From contig CAZTWG010000047.1 in assembly GCA_964617525.1 (NCBI GenBank), positions 1 through 5,278 of the forward strand: DNA of 5,278 nucleotides, read 5' to 3'. This document shows, in pieces, positions 1 to 5,274 of this stretch. Every line of letters begins with the position of its first letter. Positions within the stretch are counted from its first letter, which is position 1. Both the position numbers and the translations under genes were made by a program. The DNA is from an uncultured Gammaproteobacteria bacterium. Its GTDB lineage: Bacteria > Patescibacteriota > Patescibacteriia > UBA2591 > UBA6264. Below the pieces are notes generated by a model, which saw only the letters and a program-made list of their open reading frames with translations, made no database searches and was not told where the DNA came from.

Positions 1-35
1 AGAACCTTGAAATTAAATAAAACATTATATAAAAA
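1..35 (+). promoter_or_regulatory. Putative sigma70-type promoter for the RNase J gene: -35-like TTGAAA (7-12), -10-like TATATAAA (26-33)
   Basis: TTGAAA at 7-12. TATAAA at 28-33 gives a 15-nt spacer; TAAAAA at 30-35 gives 17 nt. Positions 1-19 (AGAACCTTGAAATTAAATA) recur at 1735-1753 with one mismatch, upstream of the next independently spaced gene. The left edge is cut by the window boundary. Confidence 0.35.
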
Positions 36-52
36 ATTAAAATAATTTAATT

Positions 53-1711
53 ATGAAATTACGTATTATTCCATTAGGCGGAGTTGAAGAGGTAGGCAAG
101 AATTGCATGGCTCTAGAATTTTTACAATCAAATCAAAAAAAAGGTGATATTATAGTAATAGATATGGGGTTGGATTTTCCTGGTCCAGATTTATTAGGAG
201 TTGACTATGTTTTACCAGATGTTACTTATCTACAAGAAAATAAAAATAGAATTAAAGGACTGGTTATTACTCATGGTCATTTAGACCATATTGGCGCTAT
301 TTCTTATTTTCTAAAAAATTTAGGGAATCCCCCAATTTTTGCTACTCCCTTAACCATTGGGTTGATAGAAGATAGATTGTTAGAGTTTGGGGTTCAAGAT
401 GCTAAATTAAATCTTATTAAACCAGAAAAGGCCTTTAACTTGGGCGATTTTTCTATTACACCATTTAGTGTGGTGCATAATATTCCAGATAGCGTAGGGT
501 TAATTATTAAAACTTCTTTAGGGACAGTTGTTCATACTGGAGATTTTAAATTCGATAAATCACCTTTGGACCAAAAGCCAGTTAATGAAAAATTATTAAA
601 AAGAATAGGGGATGAAAAAGTTTTGGCTCTTTTGTCAGACAGCACCAATGCTGCTTTGCCCGGAAAAGTTGTTTCTGAGCAAGAAGTCGGAAAAATAACT
701 TATTCGTTAATCAAAAGCATTAAAGGAAGGATTGTATTCACGACTTTTGCTAGTTTAGTTAGTAGGATTCAACAGGCTGTTAACGCATGTCAAAAATGCA
801 ACAGAAAAGTAGCATTAGTTGGTATGTCTATTAAAAAAACAGCAGCTATCGCTCAAAGTTTAGGTTATTTAAAAATTCCACATAAAATGCTAGTGGATAT
901 TACTGAGATGAACAAAATGCCTGCTCATAAAGTTTTTGTTATCGCTGGCGGGTCTCAAGGAGTAGAAGGCTCTTCTATGGATAGAATTGCTCAAAATATT
1001 CATCGTTTGGTTAGAATTAAACGAGGAGATACAGTTATATTTTCTTCTTCTACTGTGCCCGGCAATGAATTAGCTGTAACTGGAGTAATGAACGGTTTAG
1101 TTGATCTGGGGGCGGAAGTAATTTTCCGTCGTGTTTTGGGGTCAGGAATCCATAGTTCTGGTCATGCAAAACAAGAAGGATTATTAAACATGCTTTCCTT
1201 GATTAGACCTAAATTTTTTATGCCGATTGAGGGAGCTCACTATATGCAAGCTGAACACATTAAATTGGCTCAAAGCTCTGGAGTCAAAAAAGAAAATTGT
1301 TTTATGCTTAAGAATGGGGAAGTTTTAGAATTCAATGAACAAGGGCAAGCCCGCAAGCTCTCACATACAAGAATGCCACACTCAATTGTAGTGGTAGAGG
1401 GAAGAAAGATTGAACCATTAAATGAAAAAGTTTTAAAAGCTCGCAAAAAATTAGCTGAAGCTGGAATTTGTTTTGTCTCTATTTCATCTGCTAGAATGGG
1501 CAAAAAAAATCAGGCAGGTCTTAAGATTAATATTACTTGCCAGGGAGTAGAGTTGGGCGATGAATTAATTTCAGACTTAAGGCTTAAAACTAAAAAATTA
1601 ATCCAAAAACATGGACTTAAACCTGGGTCAGAATACAAAATGGGGACTAGCTTAAGTGATTTAATTTTAAGTAGAGTTGGCAAAAAACCTATAGTAATAG
1701 TATCAATTTAA
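53..1711 (+). CDS. rnj: Ribonuclease J (metallo-beta-lactamase / beta-CASP 5'-3' exo- and endoribonuclease)
   Basis: 552-aa ORF. The N-terminus IIPLGGVEEVGKN is typical of RNase J. Motif I is IVIDMG; motif II is HxHxDH (THGHLDHIG: H74, H76, D78, H79); motif III is VVHNIPDS (H142); motif IV is HTGDFKFD (D164). Beta-CASP motif A is LLSDSTNA and motif B is IHSSGHA. Near-colinear with Bacillus subtilis RNase J1 as I remember it (LIRPKFFMPI..., ENCFMLKNGEVL). Motif C is atypical (see findings). TAA stop. Confidence 0.93.
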   Translation: MKLRIIPLGGVEEVGKNCMALEFLQSNQKKGDIIVIDMGLDFPGPDLLGVDYVLPDVTYLQENKNRIKGLVITHGHLDHIGAISYFLKNLGNPPIFATPLTIGLIEDRLLEFGVQDAKLNLIKPEKAFNLGDFSITPFSVVHNIPDSVGLIIKTSLGTVVHTGDFKFDKSPLDQKPVNEKLLKRIGDEKVLALLSDSTNAALPGKVVSEQEVGKITYSLIKSIKGRIVFTTFASLVSRIQQAVNACQKCNRKVALVGMSIKKTAAIAQSLGYLKIPHKMLVDITEMNKMPAHKVFVIAGGSQGVEGSSMDRIAQNIHRLVRIKRGDTVIFSSSTVPGNELAVTGVMNGLVDLGAEVIFRRVLGSGIHSSGHAKQEGLLNMLSLIRPKFFMPIEGAHYMQAEHIKLAQSSGVKKENCFMLKNGEVLEFNEQGQARKLSHTRMPHSIVVVEGRKIEPLNEKVLKARKKLAEAGICFVSISSARMGKKNQAGLKINITCQGVELGDELISDLRLKTKKLIQKHGLKPGSEYKMGTSLSDLILSRVGKKPIVIVSI

Positions 1712-1718
1712 AAGAAAA

Positions 1719-1743
1719 CAAGAACCTGCTCCGCAGAACCTTG
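1719..1743. repeat. Imperfect inverted repeat CAAGAACCTGC-TCC-GCAGAACCTTG, which also contains a tandem direct repeat of AGAACCT (1721-1727, 1735-1741)
   Basis: The 11-nt arms pair at 8 of 11 positions: outer CAAG/CTTG, inner CTGC/GCAG, a 3x3 internal mismatch and a TCC loop. This is the only GC-rich patch in the rnj-downstream spacer. No T-run follows it, so it is not a canonical intrinsic terminator. The right arm overlaps the -35-like TTGGAA. Confidence 0.3.
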
Positions 1744-1769
1744 GAATTAAATATTTATTGTATATAAAT
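1735..1769 (+). promoter_or_regulatory. Putative sigma70-type promoter for the membrane protein / ppsA / methyltransferase gene string: -35-like TTGGAA (1741-1746), -10-like TATATAAA (1761-1768)
   Basis: TTGGAA at 1741-1746, a 16-nt spacer, then TATAAA at 1763-1768. Same block architecture as positions 1-33. The three downstream genes are separated by only 21 nt and 5 nt, which is consistent with one transcript. Confidence 0.4.
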
Positions 1770-1793
1770 TAAGGTAATTTAATTAGAAAAAAT

Positions 1794-2153
1794 ATGAAAA
1801 TAGACAAAATTAAACAAAAGATTAATTCCTTAATTAAGGGAAAAAATAAAATCTCTTCATCACAAAAATTCTTGGCTATTATTTCCTATTTAGGAGTTTT
1901 CTCTTTGCTGGTTGTGATTCTAGGGGAGAAAAGCAGGCCAGTTTATTTCCACGTTCGTCAAGGAGTGGCATTGTTTGTGGCAGAAATTATTTGTACTTTA
2001 ATTTTAGCCATTCCGTTTATTGGTTGGGTAGTTGGTTTCATTGGTTGGATTTTATGTATTTTATTTTCTCTTTTTGGTTTAGTCAAAGCGGCCAAGGGCC
2101 AAGAATGGTCAATCCCTGTTTTGGGGAAAATAGCAACAAAAATTAAAATTTAA
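1794..2153 (+). CDS. Small integral membrane protein, DUF4870-like (three predicted TM helices)
   Basis: 119-aa ORF. A Lys-rich N-terminus is followed by hydrophobic segments FLAIISYLGVFSLLVVILG, GVALFVAEIICTLILAIPFIGW and VVGFIGWILCILFSLFGLV. The pattern YLG...(basic loop)...FHxRQG...IGW...LVKAxKGQEWxIPVLG matches my recollection of the DUF4870 family (conserved H-x-x-Q and a C-terminal G-x-x-(Y/W)-x-(I/L)-P-x-x-G). The family call is from memory, not a search. Confidence 0.75.
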   Translation: MKIDKIKQKINSLIKGKNKISSSQKFLAIISYLGVFSLLVVILGEKSRPVYFHVRQGVALFVAEIICTLILAIPFIGWVVGFIGWILCILFSLFGLVKAAKGQEWSIPVLGKIATKIKI

Positions 2154-2174
2154 TTTTAAATAAAAAAAACAATT

Positions 2175-4604
2175 ATGAATTTTTTAATATGGTTCAAAGA
2201 TTTATCTATTAAAGACGTTCCTAGAGTAGGAGGGAAGAATGCTTCTTTAGGAGAAATGTATCAAAAGTTAGGCAAAAAAGGAGTCCGTGTTCCTAATGGT
2301 TTTGCTACTACCTCAGAAGCTTATTGGCATTTTATGGAAAAAAGCCAATTGGGTGAAAAAATAGAAAACACCTTAAAAGATTTAGACGTTCAGAATGTTG
2401 AAGATTTGTCTCAGCGTGGTCAAAAGATACGAAATTTAATTTTAAAAACACCATTAGATAAAGATTTAGAAAAAGCTATTGTTTCTGCTTACAAAAAATT
2501 ATCTCAAGAGTATAATTCTAAAAATGTTGATGTTGCAGTTCGTAGTTCTGCTACGGCCGAAGATATGCCTGACGCCAGTTTTGCTGGGCAAATGGAAACA
2601 TATCTTAATATTAGAGGGGTAGACAGTTTGCTAAAAGCGGTTCGTAAGTGTATAGCTTCTCTTTTCACCAATCGAGCCATTGCTTATCGTCAGACCAAAG
2701 GATTTAAACATATGGACGTAGCTCTTTCTGTGGGAGTCCAAAAAATGATTCGTTCAGATTTAGCTTGTTCGGGTGTTATGTTTTCTTGTGACACTGAATC
2801 TGGTTTTGCTGATATTACGGTTATTAATTCTTCTTGGGGGTTAGGAGAAAATATAGTTCAAGGTAAGGTTAGCCCTGACGAATTTATGGTTTTTGAACCT
2901 TTGTTAGACAAAGGATACAAACCAATCGTGAACAAAAGGCTAGGGCGCAAAGAATGGACAATGATATATAATTTTAAGGGAAAGAGCCCAGTTAAGAATA
3001 TAAAAACTGTTTCAAAGAAAAGAAGAAAATTTACTTTATCTGAGGAAGAAATTTTAGAATTAGCTCGTTATTCTATTTTAATTGAAAAACACTATAAACG
3101 TCCAATGGATATGGAATGGGGGAAAGATGGCAAAGATAATAAGTTATATATTTTACAAGCGCGACCAGAAACCGTTCAATCTCGTAAATCAGTAGATATA
3201 TTAGAGAGGTATGTTCTGGTAAATCAAAAAAAGAATCAAAGGGGTTTAACTCGCGGGAAATCAAAAACTGTCCAGAATGAGGTTATAACTACTGGCGTAG
3301 CTGTGGGCTCTAGGATTGGACAAGGAGTCGCTCATGTAATCGAAGACGTTAAGGATATTATTGAATTTAAAAAAGGAGAGGTTTTGGTTACTGAAATGAC
3401 AGACCCAGATTGGGTCCCAATTATGAAAATTGCTTCAGCTATTGTTACTAATGCCGGCGGGAGAACTTGCCATGCGGCTATTGTTAGTCGTGAATTAGGC
3501 GTCCCTTGTATAGTCGGGACTGGTAACGTCACTAAGCTTATTAAAGATAAACAAAAGGTGACAGTCTCTTGCGCTGAAGGAGAGGTAGGGCATATTTATA
3601 ATGGTTTGTTGCCGTTTAAAATAAAAAAAACTTTTTTAAAGAAAATAAAGAATCCAAAAACCAAAGTAATGCTTAATGTGGCTGAGCCAAGTCAAGCATT
3701 TGGTTTTTCTTTTTTGCCTAACGATGGAGTTGGTTTGGCTCGTGAGGAGTTTATAATTAACAACTATATCAAAATTCATCCCTTAGCTTTATTGAATTAT
3801 GCTACACTTAAAGACGAAAAGGTTAAAAAGCAGATAGATAGAATAACAGCAGGTTATGGGAGCAAAACTGATTTTTATATTAATAAATTAGCAGAGGGGA
3901 TTGGAACCATTGCTTCTGCTTTTTATCCCAAGGATGTGATTGTTAGATTTTCAGATTTTAAAAGCAATGAATATGCTAATTTAATTGGTGGCTCGTTTTA
4001 TGAACCCAAAGAGACTAATCCTATGATCGGTTGGCGGGGGGCTAGCCGCTATAATGACCCTAAATTTAAAAAAGCTTTTGAAATGGAATGCCAAGCTATT
4101 AAAAAAGTCCGTCAAGAGTTTGGCTTGGATAACGTAATTGTAATGGTGCCTTTTTGCAGAACAATTGAAGAGGCAAAGGGTGTTCTTAAAATTATTGATA
4201 AATATAAATTAAGAGAAAAATTTAAAGAACAAAAGAAATTACAAGTTTATGTTATGGCTGAAATCCCTTCTAATGTTATACTAGCCGATGAATTTGCCAA
4301 GATTTTTGACGGATTTTCTATTGGTTCCAACGATCTAACCCAGTTGACTTTAGGGTTAGATAGAGATTCAAGCTTAGTTGCTCATCTTTTTGATGAGAGA
4401 AACGAGGCAGTAAAAAGGATGATTAGACAGCTAATCAAAATAGCCCATAAACAAAAATGCAAAGTTGGAATTTGTGGCCAGGCACCAAGTGATTTCCCCG
4501 ACTTTGCTCAATTTTTGGTAAAAGAGGGGATTGATTCAATTTCTTTACTCCCCGATACAATTATTGAGACTACAATAAAAATCGCCCAAGCAGAAAAAAA
4601 ATAA
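2175..4604 (+). CDS. ppsA: Phosphoenolpyruvate synthase (pyruvate, water dikinase)
   Basis: 809-aa ORF, colinear with E. coli PpsA. The N-terminal ATP-grasp signature is VPRVGGKNASLGEM. RPMDMEWGKDG...LYILQARPETVQSR is present. The phosphohistidine swivel domain reads VLVTEMTDPDWVPIMKIASAIVTNAGGRTCHAAIVSRELGVPCIVG (T431-C432-H433). The PEP/pyruvate TIM-barrel domain has SDFKSNEYANLIGG, FDGFSIGSNDLTQLTLGLDRDS and the catalytic Cys in VGICGQAPSD (C767). Double TAA TAA stop. Confidence 0.96.
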   Translation: MNFLIWFKDLSIKDVPRVGGKNASLGEMYQKLGKKGVRVPNGFATTSEAYWHFMEKSQLGEKIENTLKDLDVQNVEDLSQRGQKIRNLILKTPLDKDLEKAIVSAYKKLSQEYNSKNVDVAVRSSATAEDMPDASFAGQMETYLNIRGVDSLLKAVRKCIASLFTNRAIAYRQTKGFKHMDVALSVGVQKMIRSDLACSGVMFSCDTESGFADITVINSSWGLGENIVQGKVSPDEFMVFEPLLDKGYKPIVNKRLGRKEWTMIYNFKGKSPVKNIKTVSKKRRKFTLSEEEILELARYSILIEKHYKRPMDMEWGKDGKDNKLYILQARPETVQSRKSVDILERYVLVNQKKNQRGLTRGKSKTVQNEVITTGVAVGSRIGQGVAHVIEDVKDIIEFKKGEVLVTEMTDPDWVPIMKIASAIVTNAGGRTCHAAIVSRELGVPCIVGTGNVTKLIKDKQKVTVSCAEGEVGHIYNGLLPFKIKKTFLKKIKNPKTKVMLNVAEPSQAFGFSFLPNDGVGLAREEFIINNYIKIHPLALLNYATLKDEKVKKQIDRITAGYGSKTDFYINKLAEGIGTIASAFYPKDVIVRFSDFKSNEYANLIGGSFYEPKETNPMIGWRGASRYNDPKFKKAFEMECQAIKKVRQEFGLDNVIVMVPFCRTIEEAKGVLKIIDKYKLREKFKEQKKLQVYVMAEIPSNVILADEFAKIFDGFSIGSNDLTQLTLGLDRDSSLVAHLFDERNEAVKRMIRQLIKIAHKQKCKVGICGQAPSDFPDFAQFLVKEGIDSISLLPDTIIETTIKIAQAEKK

Positions 4605-4609
4605 TAATT

Positions 4610-5152
4610 ATGCAATTTTTAATTCCTTTAATATATTTACTTCTTGCCTTTTTTATACTCTGGGTTGCTATTTCTTTCCGTAATGCTAGCAAATCTTTTG
4701 CTCCTTTTGTCCCTTGCGAGAAAAAAGAATTACCACGAATTTTTGAAGTAATTGCCCTAAAAGATAATGAAATCTTTTATGATTTAGGTTGTGGCGATGG
4801 GCGAGTAGTTTTTTACGCTGCGAGAAATTTCAAATCAAAAGCAATCGGCATTGAGTTGAGTCTTTTGTTTTTTCTTTATTCTTGGGTCAAACGCATTTTT
4901 TCAAGAGATAAGAGTAATATTACTTTCAAGCTAAAAAATTTATTCCATGAGGATTTGTCGAAAGCAGATGCGATATATGTTTATGGAATGCCAAGGGTTC
5001 TCGAGAAAAGATTAAGATATAAACTAGAGAAAGAACTCAAGGAAGGAGCGAGAGTTATAGCTTATGGCTTTCCAATTAAAGGGTTAAACCCAGAAAGCAT
5101 TCGTCGTCCAGACGAAAAACACAAAAAATCAATTTATCTATATAGATTTTGA
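4610..5152 (+). CDS. Membrane-anchored class I (seven-beta-strand) SAM-dependent methyltransferase, FAM173 (ATPSCKMT/ANTKMT) / aKMT-like putative protein-lysine methyltransferase
   Basis: 180-aa ORF. The N-terminal TM helix spans about aa 3-23 (FLIPLIYLLLAFFILWVAISF). APFVPC is at aa 31-36. SAM-binding motif I is YDLGCGDGRV (aa 57-66), with an acidic residue after beta-2 (IGIELS). The C-terminal segment is GMPRVLEKRLRYKLEKELKEGARVIAYGFPIKGLNPE...SIYLYRF. The start is 5 nt after the ppsA stop. TGA stop. Confidence 0.85.
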   Translation: MQFLIPLIYLLLAFFILWVAISFRNASKSFAPFVPCEKKELPRIFEVIALKDNEIFYDLGCGDGRVVFYAARNFKSKAIGIELSLLFFLYSWVKRIFSRDKSNITFKLKNLFHEDLSKADAIYVYGMPRVLEKRLRYKLEKELKEGARVIAYGFPIKGLNPESIRRPDEKHKKSIYLYRF

Positions 5153-5177
5153 AATTTGGACCTCATGGGTCAATTTC
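5151..5177 (+). other. Possible stem-loop between the methyltransferase stop codon and tRNA-Ser
   Basis: GAAATT (5151-5156) pairs with AATTTC (5172-5177). After a 2-nt TG bulge, GACC (5159-5162) pairs with GGTC (5168-5171), leaving loop TCATG. No U-tract follows (AAATAAGAA), so it is not a canonical Rho-independent terminator. Stability is modest because the outer stem is AT-rich. Confidence 0.3.
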
Positions 5178-5186
5178 AAATAAGAA

Positions 5187-5274
5187 GGAGAGGTCGCATA
5201 GAGGCCGATTGCGCTGCCTTGGAAAGGCAGTATACCGAAAGGTATCGCGGGTTCGAATCCCGCCCTCTCCGCCA
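5187..5274 (+). tRNA. tRNA-Ser (anticodon GGA), class II with long variable arm, genomically encoded CCA
   Basis: Hand-folded cloverleaf. The acceptor stem GGAGAGG (5187-5193) pairs with CCTCTCC (5264-5270). The D-stem is 3 bp, GCA/TGC, with a GG-containing loop. The anticodon stem CTGCC (5214-5218) pairs with GGCAG (5226-5230), with loop TTGGAAA and anticodon GGA at 5221-5223. The variable arm is 5 bp, ATACC-GAAA-GGTAT (5232-5245). The T-arm is GCGGG-TTCGAAT-CCCGC (5247-5263). Discriminator is G5271 and CCA is at 5272-5274. Confidence 0.93.

Noticed and set aside
1270-1503. 77-aa ORF antisense to the RNase J gene
   Set aside because: It lies entirely inside a well-supported CDS on the opposite strand. 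It has no recognisable motifs, and its low-complexity hydrophobic translation is typical of shadow ORFs. No promoter or start context supports it.
2019-2048. Direct repeat of ATTGGTTGG (2019-2027 and 2040-2048), 21 nt apart
   Set aside because: The repeat is in frame and simply encodes the recurring I-G-W motif of adjacent transmembrane segments (IGWVVGF-IGWILCI). It is too short to indicate a repeat element or slippage locus.
3073-3264. 63-aa ORF antisense to ppsA
   Set aside because: This is a shadow ORF within the strongly conserved ppsA coding region, with no family resemblance and no independent signals.
3332-3532. 66-aa ORF antisense to the PpsA phosphohistidine domain
   Set aside because: It overlaps the most conserved part of ppsA on the + strand. 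Open antisense frames are expected opposite highly constrained codons, and nothing supports independent expression.
3623-3637. A8-C-T6 tract inside ppsA, and other A8 runs at 135-142, 1502-1509 and 4594-4601, considered as slippery or phase-variation sites
   Set aside because: All frames stay intact and encode plausible Lys-rich linker sequence. Such homopolymers are expected from AT-rich composition. No alternative-frame ORF continues downstream of any run.
4991-5001. Minus-strand near-match (AGAACCCTTGG) to the intergenic AGAACCTTGG motif, inside the methyltransferase gene
   Set aside because: It carries a one-base insertion relative to the motif and has no accompanying -10 or leader blocks. 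It is embedded in coding sequence (PRVLE), so a chance occurrence is most likely.
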